From the NCBI GenBank assembly GCA_043819795.1, contig JBDREN010000080.1:1-35411 (forward strand): a stretch of DNA of 35,411 nucleotides. The letters run 5' to 3'. Both the position numbers and the translations under genes were made by a program. This document shows, piece by piece, positions 18,050 through 26,782 of this stretch. This stretch comes from Elusimicrobiota bacterium (GTDB lineage Bacteria > Elusimicrobiota > Elusimicrobia > UBA1565). The notes below the pieces were generated by a model that saw only the letters and a program-made list of their open reading frames with translations, was not told where the DNA came from and ran no database searches. Positions within the stretch are counted from its first letter, which is position 1. Each line of letters begins with the position of its first letter.

Positions 18050-19001
18050 GGGGCTGCCTCTCACTCTGTCGTTTCTGGTATTCGCCGCTTGCTGGACCGC
18101 GGGATTTTCGCACGCGAGTCCCGCCTCCTCGCCGCCCCCGGCCGAAGAGAACGCCGCGCCTCGGCAGGAAATGCGCGGCAACGCCCCGGGGATGTCCGCG
18201 GCGCTGGCCGCGGGGAAACAAGGGTTGGGAGAGGTCCGCCGCAGCGCTTCGAGACTGAGCGTCAAGATCGTCGCGACGGCATTCCTATTCGCTTTGGCGT
18301 GGCTGACCATCTACATCGGCATCTATATCCTCGACCTTCTCGGTGAGCGCAGCGCGCGATACCGCTTCCTCAAGAAGGGTATTCCCGTGGTCCGCGTCTT
18401 GATCTGGGCAGCCGCCGCCTACATCGTATTCCGGTGGATCTTCTCCCCGACCAGGGAATCCTTTTTCGCGGTGATGACCGCTTCCGGAGTGGCCATTGGA
18501 TTCGCCTCTCAGGACATCCTCAAAAACATCTTCGGTGGGTTGGTCATCATTCTGGATAGGCCTTTCCAAGTCGGGGACAAGATCCGGATCGGAGAACACT
18601 ACGGCGAGGTGGTCGGTATCGGGCTGCGGACGGTGCGTCTTGTCACGTCCGATGACAATCTGGTCACCGTCCCCAACGCCGAAATCGTCAACCGGACGAT
18701 CTCGAACGCCAATTCCGGAGAACTGACCTGCCAGGTCGTCACCGACATACTGCTGCCGCCCGACGCCGACCTACTGGCCGCCAAGCGGATCGCATGGGAG
18801 GCGGCCGTCACTTCCCGATACGTCAATCTCGCCAAACCGGTCGCGGTGCTGCTCCAGGATTGCCCGTCCGAAAAGCAGCTGCGCACAAAGCTGAAGATCA
18901 AAGCCTATGTGCTGGACCCGAGATTCGAGTTCGCATTCTCGAGCGACGTGACCGAGATATTCAAGCTCGCGATAACGGCGGAAGCGGCGCCGAGCACGTA
19001 A
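18042..19001 (+). CDS. MscS-family mechanosensitive channel (with signal-like N-terminus)
   Basis: GVAIGFASQDILKNIFGGLVIILDRPFQVGDKIRIG..GLRTVRL..VTVPN. Overlaps the ATPase stop by 8 nt. Confidence 0.92.
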   Translation: MIKGLPLTLSFLVFAACWTAGFSHASPASSPPPAEENAAPRQEMRGNAPGMSAALAAGKQGLGEVRRSASRLSVKIVATAFLFALAWLTIYIGIYILDLLGERSARYRFLKKGIPVVRVLIWAAAAYIVFRWIFSPTRESFFAVMTASGVAIGFASQDILKNIFGGLVIILDRPFQVGDKIRIGEHYGEVVGIGLRTVRLVTSDDNLVTVPNAEIVNRTISNANSGELTCQVVTDILLPPDADLLAAKRIAWEAAVTSRYVNLAKPVAVLLQDCPSEKQLRTKLKIKAYVLDPRFEFAFSSDVTEIFKLAITAEAAPST

Positions 19002-19082
19002 ACGCAACAGATCGGGCCAGAGAGTCGGCCATAGTCGCGACCCAAGCTTCACGCGGGAAAGGACTCGCCGGAGATACGGCGG

Positions 19083-19533
19083 GGCCCACAAAACACGCCG
19101 TCCGCCTTCAGGATGCAAGTGTGATTCTGGCCGTCACACCGCGTCCCCTCCGAGATAATCGTCCGATTCGCCTCGATAATTACGCCCATAACAATGCACA
19201 TTGCCGTTGGCTCTCAGGATGCACGTATGATAATTCCCAGCCGCCGCGCCTACCGCATCACCCCCAAGATAATCTTCCGCTTCGCCATGGCCGTTGTTTC
19301 CATAGCACGTGACATTGCCGTCCGATCTCAGGATGCAGGCATGCGTCGCGCCGACCGCCACGCCCACAGCATCTCCTCCAGTATAATCCTCCCCTTCCGG
19401 GTTCCTGACCCCACAGCAATCGACATCGCCGTCCGATTTTAGGACGCAGGCGTGAGCAGTCCCGGCTCCGATGCCGGTAAGCCCGTTCGGAATCCCCGCA
19501 CAAACACCGCCATGAGCGCTCGCCGTCCCCGCG
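19083..19533 (-). pseudogene. RCC1-like repeat secreted protein remnant
   Basis: Four repeats: HACVLKSDGDVDC, HACILRSDGNVTCYG, HTCILRANGNVHCYG and, after a frameshift near 19134, HTCILKADG. The 5' end is cut by an IS5 fragment. Confidence 0.75.
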
Positions 19534-19730
19534 CCTGGTGGGCAACGTATTTACGCGAGGATTGCCATCGAGACGGGCCTTAGCGCATGGTATATGGCCT
19601 TGCACTGAGACAGGCCGAAGGGTTCTTGGGGGCCTTGGCACAGCTTTTGGGACTGAGCATTCCGATCCCTGATCACACGACATTATAGAGGCGTGCCAAG
19701 GGGTTGGGCAAGGTGCGCTTTGCTCCGGCA
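19534..19730 (+). mobile_element. IS5/IS903-like internal transposase fragment (pseudo)
   Basis: PGGQRIYARIAIETGL, frameshift, then MVYGLALRQAEGFL..IPDHTTL*RRA, matching the LRQxEGF and PDHTTLSRR motifs. Confidence 0.8.
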
Positions 19731-19731
19731 G

Positions 19732-19837
19732 GGCATTGGTGAATGACTCTTCGATGGGCTACACTGGGTACCCTCGAGTCTGGGTATTGAAGGTCCATCC
19801 GGAGTTTATAGCCATGAATCACCCCAAGCGGACCCAG
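19732..19837 (+). mobile_element. IS5/IS903-like left end + first codons
   Basis: GGCATTGGTGAATGA..ATGAATCACCCCAAGCGGACCCAG is nearly the reverse complement of 822-927. Confidence 0.85.
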
Positions 19838-19838
19838 G

Positions 19839-19878
19839 GCCCCCGCACCCATCTCAGCGAAGAAGCCCGCGCCTTAGC
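19839..19878 (+). repeat. Scar of att element: tRNA 3' tip + left arm of hairpin
   Basis: GCCCCCGCACCCATCTCAGCGAAGAAGCCCGCGCCTTAGC is identical to 14094-14133. Confidence 0.85.
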
Positions 19879-20016
19879 CCAACTTCCGCAGTAAATTAGG
19901 AAAAGTACTGGAATTTCCAGTATCTGGGGTCGAAAGTTGGCACTACATTTTCGGCCCCAGGTCCGGGATCCGCATGCGCCTGGGCAGGGCGATCCCGAGA
20001 ATCTCCCCGGCCCCGG

Positions 20017-22095
20017 TTAATCCGGGACCGGCACCACTTCGATGCCCCCGGCCCCGTAGTGGGCGAAGGCTCCGCTCGCGATCTTGCCCTGGCCCGGCCC
20101 GGTCGTGAGCAAGGGCGCAAGCTCCCAGCCCCCGCCGGCCGATGCCGCGGAGTACCGGATCGCGCCGCTTCCGGGCAGAAGCTCGGCCGCCACCACGGCC
20201 CGGGCTCCGGGGGAAAGGAAGGGATAGAAAAGCGGCTCAAGGCCGCGGGCGATCGCGGTCGTCTCGCCTTGGGCCCAAACCGAAAGCCCGTAAGTGTCCC
20301 CCGAGCGCGCGACATAGGCCACCGCTCCGGGAACGGCGGCCAGGCCGCCGAACGCGTCGGCCGAAGCCACCAGCGTGCGCCCGCCTTCCTCAATGGCCCA
20401 CAGATCTTCCCCCCGGCCGTCCGGCGAGGGCGCCGTCACGAAGCCTTCCTCCGGCCCCGTGAAAAAAGTGCTGAGGATCCCTCCCCGCTCCCGGCGCAAG
20501 GCGTCCATGGAGAGGCCCGCCTTGAGGCCTTTGGGCGTGAAAGACCAGATGCGCTCTTCCACGATCGCCCCATCCTCGTCGAGGCTCCAGGCGGTGAACC
20601 AGAAGCCGCTCCGGTACCCGGCGACCCCCGAGGCCCGAAGGCCGATGGCCGCCAGGTCGAGCCCGCCCTCCGGCACGACCCGGCCCGAGGCGAGATCCGC
20701 CATCGCGACCCGCGACCCGCCGTTTCCCAGGACGAGGATATTGTTCCCCTCCGGGGGCGCCGCGGCCATCTGGAACACGCTCTCAAACGGCAGGGGCACG
20801 AAGTCCACTCTTTCGATCCCGCCTCGCTTGCCGAAGCGCAGAGCGGCCAGGCGCGCGCGCGCCGGGACCCCGGCCGCGTCATAGCCCAGAGCCACCCGGC
20901 CGCCACGAAGCAGAAGCGCCAGGTGGAACGCGTCGGGATCGAGCCCCTCGCTCGGCCATGTGCCGGTAGCCGCGTTGAAACCGACTTTCACCACCTCGGT
21001 CTCCAGGCCGCGGCCTCGCTCGCCGAAGAGCGAAAACACGCCGATATCCGGGTGATCCTTCCGGGATATAAAGGACGGGCCCTGCCCACCGGCCGGTTCC
21101 GGCAGGCGGTTGGCCCGGGCGTAGTTGGGCCACCAGTCCCAAACGGTCCCCCGGGAGCCGTCCTCCTTCCCGAATACGGACTTGAAGCCCTCGTGCCCGG
21201 TGGAGATCCAGCTGATGCCGAGGCCGGACACGGGCTCGACCTCGCCGTCCTGAGCGATGCCATCGCCGTTATAGTCCCGCCAAGCATAAAGGCCGTCGAT
21301 CTCCGCTCCGGAAACCAGGCCGTCTCCGTCCCGGTCGCGTCTTAGCGCGAGGCTCTGGAATCCGTCCTGCCATCCCCCCGCCGATCCGAAAAGGTCGCGT
21401 CCGCTTCGCGGTTCGGGGGAATCGGTCAAGAGCGCGTCACCGCCGGCGATCCATTCGGTCACGTCCCGGAATCCGTCGCCGTCCATGTCAAAGGCGGCGA
21501 AAGGGCCCCGGAGCCTGCTCTCATGGGGCATCCAGTCCCCGCCCGAGGCGGAGAGAACGCCGTCGCCGTCGAGGTCGAGCACCAACGGGCTGGTGAATAC
21601 GGTCCCGTTGAGCCGGTAATCCGTCGCTTGCGCCGCGCCACGGCCCGCCAACGTCACCTCGGTGGGTTGGGCGAAGTACGTGCCATAGCTCCGTCCGTTA
21701 TAAGTATGGTTTCCGCCGCCCGCGCCGAAGCTGGCGGCCAGAGATGCGGCGCTCCCGGCCTTGAAAGGCCCGGCGGCGATGTCCAGATACGCCGGATTCC
21801 CGAGGATGACGTCGAAGACCTCCCGGCTCTGCGGAAAAGCGGCGCTGAAATCCGACGCCATGGCGGCGATGGGCGCGACACGCTCGTAAGCCGCGTCGCC
21901 GGGGGTCAGGCCCAGCGTCCCCAGGGAAAAGGCGGTGGACCGGCCCGCGCCCTCGCCCAGGACGATATCGGTGCCGCCGTCCAAGACCAGGGGCCCGGCC
22001 GATGTCCCGGCCTCCCCCCACATGCTCGGCGCCGCCAGGGCCACCAGCAAAAGGATCTCCGTCAAAACCGACAATGAGCGTCGGAGATTGATCAT
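20017..22095 (-). CDS. Secreted Ca-binding protein (SPLVLDLDGDG-type domain + probable beta-propeller)
   Basis: GGAGGA RBS + ATG 22095 and a signal peptide. SPLVLDLDGDG, FDMDGDG..EW, DRDGDG, WRDYNGDG; Gly/aromatic beta-rich C-terminal half. Confidence 0.75.
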   Translation of the reverse strand: MINLRRSLSVLTEILLLVALAAPSMWGEAGTSAGPLVLDGGTDIVLGEGAGRSTAFSLGTLGLTPGDAAYERVAPIAAMASDFSAAFPQSREVFDVILGNPAYLDIAAGPFKAGSAASLAASFGAGGGNHTYNGRSYGTYFAQPTEVTLAGRGAAQATDYRLNGTVFTSPLVLDLDGDGVLSASGGDWMPHESRLRGPFAAFDMDGDGFRDVTEWIAGGDALLTDSPEPRSGRDLFGSAGGWQDGFQSLALRRDRDGDGLVSGAEIDGLYAWRDYNGDGIAQDGEVEPVSGLGISWISTGHEGFKSVFGKEDGSRGTVWDWWPNYARANRLPEPAGGQGPSFISRKDHPDIGVFSLFGERGRGLETEVVKVGFNAATGTWPSEGLDPDAFHLALLLRGGRVALGYDAAGVPARARLAALRFGKRGGIERVDFVPLPFESVFQMAAAPPEGNNILVLGNGGSRVAMADLASGRVVPEGGLDLAAIGLRASGVAGYRSGFWFTAWSLDEDGAIVEERIWSFTPKGLKAGLSMDALRRERGGILSTFFTGPEEGFVTAPSPDGRGEDLWAIEEGGRTLVASADAFGGLAAVPGAVAYVARSGDTYGLSVWAQGETTAIARGLEPLFYPFLSPGARAVVAAELLPGSGAIRYSAASAGGGWELAPLLTTGPGQGKIASGAFAHYGAGGIEVVPVPD

Positions 22096-22480
22096 GACTT
22101 CCTCCAATTGAGTCCGCGGATTGCGCACAAAAATCCTTTTACCCGCCGGTCCGGCGGACCCGGTCTTGCCCCCCAGACGCGGTGATCGGAACCGGGAATG
22201 GAGACCTGGGGAGATGACTAATAATATTAATCTGCGCACCCCCCCGCAATAGCTATACGGCAACCCGGCGGCCAAGCGGGCGCTGCGAAAAGCCTATACC
22301 TGAGTTCCACCACTCTTTTCCTCTCGAAGACCCCGAGACCCACGCGCGCGCCGTCCTTCCGGATCAGCGCTTGAAAGGATTCCAGCGACTGTTGGATAAA
22401 TGACAACGATCGTGTCACAATAGTCAACATCGCGGCCTTATGGAGCTAGCGGCCGCCCGCATCGTAAAAGATATAGCCCT

Positions 22481-22542
22481 TGAAAAATAAGGATTTATGT
22501 ATTATGATATTTCTATAGGTATATTATTATTTCTAATACGAT
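22481..22542 (+). promoter_or_regulatory. AT-rich promoter/operator of XRE gene
   Basis: TTGAAA..TATGAT. Direct repeat TATTTCTA (22508, 22528) lies inside a GTATTA..TAATAC inverted pair. Confidence 0.5.
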
Positions 22543-23328
22543 ATGGATATAAAGACACCCGCGATCTCCATTGGAGCGCGCCTGCGCGAGCTGCGCAAAG
22601 AACGGCGCTGGACGCAACAGCGTCTAGCCGCCTTGCTTGGCATTACGCAGGGCCATCTGTCTCAACTGGAGCACGGGAAGAGAGAATTCACGGCCCGGCA
22701 GCTACTGACTATTCTAAAGCACTTCAACGTGCAGATCGACTACTTCTTTCCAGAGAAAGCCCCCGCCGGGAACCAGATTCAGAATGCCCTGGCAAGACAG
22801 GGCGCCAGCCATCTCGTCGAAAGCACCGACATCCTCCCCACGGAAAGACTCAAGCGCGCGATCGATACGATTCGCGAAACGCTCGTTTCCGCCGATTCCT
22901 CCAGGCAGATTGCCGCCGTGGCCCCTGTCTTTGTCAACCACGCCGGACAATTCAATCTGACACGCCTGAGGAACGAATTCGCAGCGCTCGGCCTGGAGAA
23001 CCGATTGGGATGGGCCATCGACTGCACCCTGGAAGCGATCCGGTTGGAAAGCGCCCAAGTTTTGCCAAGGGACCGGCGCCTGAAATATCGGCGCGCCGCC
23101 GTCATCATCGAGTCCTTCTTTGCTCCCTGGCGGATTGTTCCCGGCCCCACGGCCGACTCGCGGGTCCCCCCTCAATACGATGTCCTCGATCCGGAGATCA
23201 CCAGCCAGGAGACCCTCAAAGAGGTCATCGAGAACCTTTCTCCCATAGCGCAAAGATGGAAGATCGCCACGGGGATCGAGGTTGATGATTTCGTAAGAGC
23301 ATTAAGAGGCGCCCGTGGCGCTGATTAG
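22543..23328 (+). CDS. XRE-family HTH protein with extended C-terminal domain (putative antitoxin)
   Basis: IGARLRELRKERRWTQQRLAALLGITQGHLSQLEHG. Confidence 0.88.
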   Translation: MDIKTPAISIGARLRELRKERRWTQQRLAALLGITQGHLSQLEHGKREFTARQLLTILKHFNVQIDYFFPEKAPAGNQIQNALARQGASHLVESTDILPTERLKRAIDTIRETLVSADSSRQIAAVAPVFVNHAGQFNLTRLRNEFAALGLENRLGWAIDCTLEAIRLESAQVLPRDRRLKYRRAAVIIESFFAPWRIVPGPTADSRVPPQYDVLDPEITSQETLKEVIENLSPIAQRWKIATGIEVDDFVRALRGARGAD

Positions 23329-23911
23329 AGAATTCCTGTCGGAAATCGACGCGAAGTGGAAGGCGATCGGCGGAGAACCGCTCAATCTGCGAATCATCGG
23401 ATCGGCCGCGCTGATGCTTCGATGCGACTACGAGCGCGGGACCAAAGACGCGGATGTGTTGGAGGTCAAGGACGGCCCACCGGCCATCAAAGACCAGCTG
23501 CTCACCCTGGCCGGGGAAAAGACGGACATCCACAGACAATTCCGCATCCATATCGACGTGGTGGACGGAGCGATCCTGTTCCTGCCGCAGCGGCCTGTTT
23601 TCCACCCTCTTCCGAGCTTATCCCTCAAGAACTTCAACATCGAGGTTCTCGATATTGGCGACGTCGTGCTCAGCAAGCTCAAGCGCTACAACAGCGACGA
23701 CAAGAACGACATCCGCGCGATGGCTCAGAGAGAACTGGTCGGCCATAAACGGCTCGTTGCCCGCTTCGCGGCCGCCGCGGACTGGTTCTCGATGGATGCC
23801 CGTGCTCAGGACGTGGCTCGTTATCTTCGGAATCTCCACGCGGCCGAGCGGGACATCCTCGGTTTCCCGCCTTCCAAGATCGAGCTGCCCGACTCCATGC
23901 AGGACGAATAG
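23315..23911 (+). CDS. Nucleotidyltransferase, DUF6036/AbiEii-like (putative toxin)
   Basis: IIGSAALML..RGTKDADV (GS + DxD) and DVVLSKLKRY..DD..DI. Overlaps the XRE stop by 14 nt. Confidence 0.8.
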   Translation: MALIREFLSEIDAKWKAIGGEPLNLRIIGSAALMLRCDYERGTKDADVLEVKDGPPAIKDQLLTLAGEKTDIHRQFRIHIDVVDGAILFLPQRPVFHPLPSLSLKNFNIEVLDIGDVVLSKLKRYNSDDKNDIRAMAQRELVGHKRLVARFAAAADWFSMDARAQDVARYLRNLHAAERDILGFPPSKIELPDSMQDE

Positions 23912-23928
23912 TCTCAGCGGATCTTGTG

Positions 23929-24099
23929 CAAGGGACCGGCGCCTGAAATATCGGCGCGCTGCCGCCATCATCGAGTCCTTCTTTGCTCCCTGGCGGATTT
24001 TTCTGGGCCCCACGGCCGACCCGCGGGCCCCCCCTCGATACGATGTCCTCGACCCGGAGATCACCAGCCAGGAGCCCCCAAAAAAGGTCATCGAGAACC
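23929..24099 (+). repeat. Duplicated internal fragment of XRE gene (~23066-23236)
   Basis: CAAGGGACCGGCGCCTGAAATATCGG..GGTCATCGAGAACC, with scattered substitutions. Confidence 0.9.
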
Positions 24100-24150
24100 A
24101 CAAGGTTCCGCCCTGGCGATTGCGGCCTGCTGCGACGTGGGGAGTCGGTC

Positions 24151-24465
24151 CTACCGCTTCGATTCCAGCGTGGCGAGCCTTCTGTCGTGGTCCTGGAGCT
24201 TCTCGCCGTGGGCATCCAGCGTCTTGGAAATGGTGACGGACTCGCGGGCGTAGGTTTCCAGACGGCCCAGGAAGGAGTCGATAGCGCTCGTGACCCGGTT
24301 GAACCCCCGGCCCATCTCCGTCCTCAGGGTCTCGATCTTCTGATCCGCCTTGGCGTCAGCGGTTACGACGGCCTTGGCCAATCTCTGAATATCGGCCTTG
24401 AGCGCCTTCTCAACCGCCTTCAACTGAGCCTGGGTCGCGGGGTTGTTGCCGTTCTTGGAGGGCAC
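24151..24465 (-). CDS. Small coiled-coil hypothetical protein
   Basis: ATQAQLKAVEKALKADI..LQDHDRRLATLE. GTG 24465 lies 6 nt after an extended -10 TGCTATCAT, so it may be leaderless. Confidence 0.7.
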   Translation of the reverse strand: MPSKNGNNPATQAQLKAVEKALKADIQRLAKAVVTADAKADQKIETLRTEMGRGFNRVTSAIDSFLGRLETYARESVTISKTLDAHGEKLQDHDRRLATLESKR

Positions 24466-24559
24466 GAGGGGATGATAGCAGTTTCCCCTTAGCCCCGACA
24501 GGGCCAAAGGCCCAGCCGAAGTTTCAAAAAGTAAAGCGCTCCGGGGGCTGTCCCAATCG

Positions 24560-24800
24560 GGATGCCGGAAACGATGATTGCATGCTACCCTCGGCGCACT
24601 CGTAGGGCCACTTCATTTTTGAGTGGGGGATGTTACGCAAATTGGGATTTGCCACAATCATCGAGAACCACAAGGTTCCTGGGGCGGGCGCGAGGCGCCG
24701 CCAGGGGGGTTCTCGACGGAGAGGTTCTGAGCGGGCCGTTTTGGGAGGCTCGAAGCTCATAACCTTGAGGTCGCGGGTTCAAATCCCACCCCCGCACCCA
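24560..24800 (+). repeat. att-like element copy 4 (arm + tRNA-fMet 3' half at 24755-24800)
   Basis: Colinear with copies 2 and 3. Confidence 0.92.
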
Positions 24801-24804
24801 TCTC

Positions 24805-24842
24805 AGCGACGAAGCCCGCGCCCTAGCGCGGGCTTCGTCGCT
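24805..24842 (+). terminator. 17-bp perfect hairpin after the tRNA fragment
   Basis: AGCGACGAAGCCCGCGC-CCTA-GCGCGGGCTTCGTCGCT. Compensatory A:T to C:G change versus 14111-14148. Confidence 0.7.
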
Positions 24843-25048
24843 TACACCTCTTCTTTATCGGGAACCACCGTCTCAAGAGGCGCCGTTGTTCGGCGTCCCA
24901 GACTCATCCAGGACTACAAGGCTTGCTGGTCTGGCAGGGGCGCCCGAAAGCCTCATAGGCGTGGCCTATGGAGAGCTCGTTGATCATTGAGGTTAGCCTT
25001 TTGAGCTTTCGAGCCTTGTAGCTCCCGGCCCGTCCCGGCCGGCAGCCT

Positions 25049-26179
25049 TCAAGTATCCCCAATCATGCTTGGCCCAAATTCAAACCCCTTCAAGGAATAG
25101 CTCGTGCTTCGTCCGCCGGCGGGATCCTTGACCAGGATGCCGTGCTCGATCAACTCGACGATATCCCGATGAGCCGTGTCCTGGGAGCATTTGGCCAGCT
25201 TCGCCCACTTCGACGAGGTCAGCTTCCCTTCAAAGTCCCTATCCAACAGTTTGCTCAGCATCAGGCGCTGCCGGTCGTTGAGCGCAAGGCGGGTATGCGT
25301 CTTCCAGAAACGATCCTTCTCAAAAACAGCGGCGAGCGTCGCCTCCGTCCCGGCGATGGCCCTGTCCAGACAGCCCAGGAACCAGAGCATCCAATCCGTG
25401 ATGTCGAGCGTGCCTTTCTGCGTGCTTTCCAAGACATCATAATACGCCTTGCGTTCCCGGCGAATCTGCGCCGACATGCTGTAGTAGCGCCGTGCGCTGT
25501 TTTCGGATCTCGCCAGCGCCCAGTCGGCGATCGCGCGCGCGACCCGGCCGTTGCCGTCGTCGAAAGGATGGATCGTCACGAACCAAAGATGGGCCTCAGC
25601 GGCCCTCAACACAGGGTCCATATCGCCGATATGGTTCACCCAACCGAAAAACGTCCCCATCTCGGCTTCCAGGCGCCCGGCCGGCGGAGCCTTGAAATGG
25701 ACGCGCTCGCGGCCCATCGCGCCGGACACGACCTGCATCGGACCCCTGGCATCGTCGCGCCACGCGCCGATCCGGATATTCGACGGGGCATCGGGGAATA
25801 GCGCCGCGTGCCAGCCGAGCAGGCGATCCTTGGTCAATGGCTGGGCATGGTTTTGCGTGGCCTCGATCGTCATCTGGACCACGCCATCCACGCGGCGATC
25901 CGCGGGCAGAAGGCCCGCAATCTCCATGCCGAGACGCCTCGCGATGGAGGATCTTACCTGATGGAAGTCGAGGAATTCGCCCTCGATCTCGCTGGACTTT
26001 ACGACATCCTGGGTCAGCGATTGGAGCACAGCCTCATCCTGTTGGGGAAAGCCGAGACTCTCCATCTTCCCGATGAAGCGCCCCTGCCGCAGGCGCACCT
26101 CAGCGAGCGGGACAGCCAGAGCCCTCTGATTCCAGTACAACTTGGGCCAATCGGTCAGGTGATGGATGTATGGACCCAT
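25049..26179 (-). CDS. Fic-family protein with DUF4172-type N-terminus and C-terminal HTH
   Basis: Canonical HPFDDGNGRVAR. N-terminal YIH...DWP..W..KSSEIEGE; C-terminal LTSSKWAKLAKCSQDTAHRDI..GGRSTSY. Confidence 0.95.
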   Translation of the reverse strand: MGPYIHHLTDWPKLYWNQRALAVPLAEVRLRQGRFIGKMESLGFPQQDEAVLQSLTQDVVKSSEIEGEFLDFHQVRSSIARRLGMEIAGLLPADRRVDGVVQMTIEATQNHAQPLTKDRLLGWHAALFPDAPSNIRIGAWRDDARGPMQVVSGAMGRERVHFKAPPAGRLEAEMGTFFGWVNHIGDMDPVLRAAEAHLWFVTIHPFDDGNGRVARAIADWALARSENSARRYYSMSAQIRRERKAYYDVLESTQKGTLDITDWMLWFLGCLDRAIAGTEATLAAVFEKDRFWKTHTRLALNDRQRLMLSKLLDRDFEGKLTSSKWAKLAKCSQDTAHRDIVELIEHGILVKDPAGGRSTSYSLKGFEFGPSMIGDT

Positions 26180-26290
26180 TCTCCGCTCTTGATGCGGATA
26201 TTATAGCAGCCATTCTCCGTATTTTCAAGAAAGAAATTCCGCATGGAATGCGTAGTTTGTGGGCACTATTATCCGCAGGCCGGACATGAT
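26180..26290 (-). promoter_or_regulatory. Fic promoter with repeated TCCGC/GCGGA operator-like boxes
   Basis: Extended -10 TGCTATAAT (26200-26208). TCTCCGC-N7-GCGGATA palindrome at the start codon, with related boxes at ~26212, 26236 and 26270. Confidence 0.55.
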
Positions 26291-26692
26291 AAGGAACGCG
26301 TCTACCAAGAGCTCTACCAGCACCGCCCGGAGCGGTAGACAAAAGTCATCATCATGCCCACCCGCAACGCGCGGTTGAACCCGAGGTCCAACTCGGCGCT
26401 AAGAGATCGCAATAGGCATATTCGGTTGATCGTATAGGCAGGCGGGAGTGGCATAAGCGGTCGGGATATACTCGCCGAAGTATGGTCGAGAACGCCATTT
26501 ACAGGTACAAGACGATCATCGGACGGGAAATGCGGGCCCGGAGCTTGGCTGCTCAGAGAGTGGAGATGCGTATCGGCTGCAGATCCTCAACACGATGGCC
26601 AGGCTTGGAATGCCGGAAAGTCACCTCGCAACATGATCAACCTGGGGCAGAGGCGGGCATCTTTGCTCAGTTCGGAGCCATGCACCAATGCC
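26279..26692 (+). mobile_element. IS5/IS903-like C-terminal transposase fragment + right end
   Basis: GRREWHKRSGYTRRSMVENAIYRYKTIIG..LNTMARLGMP with frameshifts and stops. Ends ATGCACCAATGCC, the complement of the left end. Confidence 0.85.
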
Positions 26693-26782
26693 GCTTGGAC
26701 TTGCCGCCATCCAGCGGAAATGACTTCCAGTTTTGGAACTTGATGCTCTCGATCTTCATATCTTCCCTTTGTGCGTCGCGAC

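Noticed and set aside
359..24800. Intact tRNA-Met genes or intron-split tRNAs
   Set aside because: No copy has a 5' acceptor/D-arm half upstream, and no group I intron core is evident. They are 3' fragments only.
7977..24842. Canonical integron attC sites or a CRISPR array
   Set aside because: No RYYYAAC/GTTRRRY boxes, no intI or cas genes, and the spacing is in kilobases.
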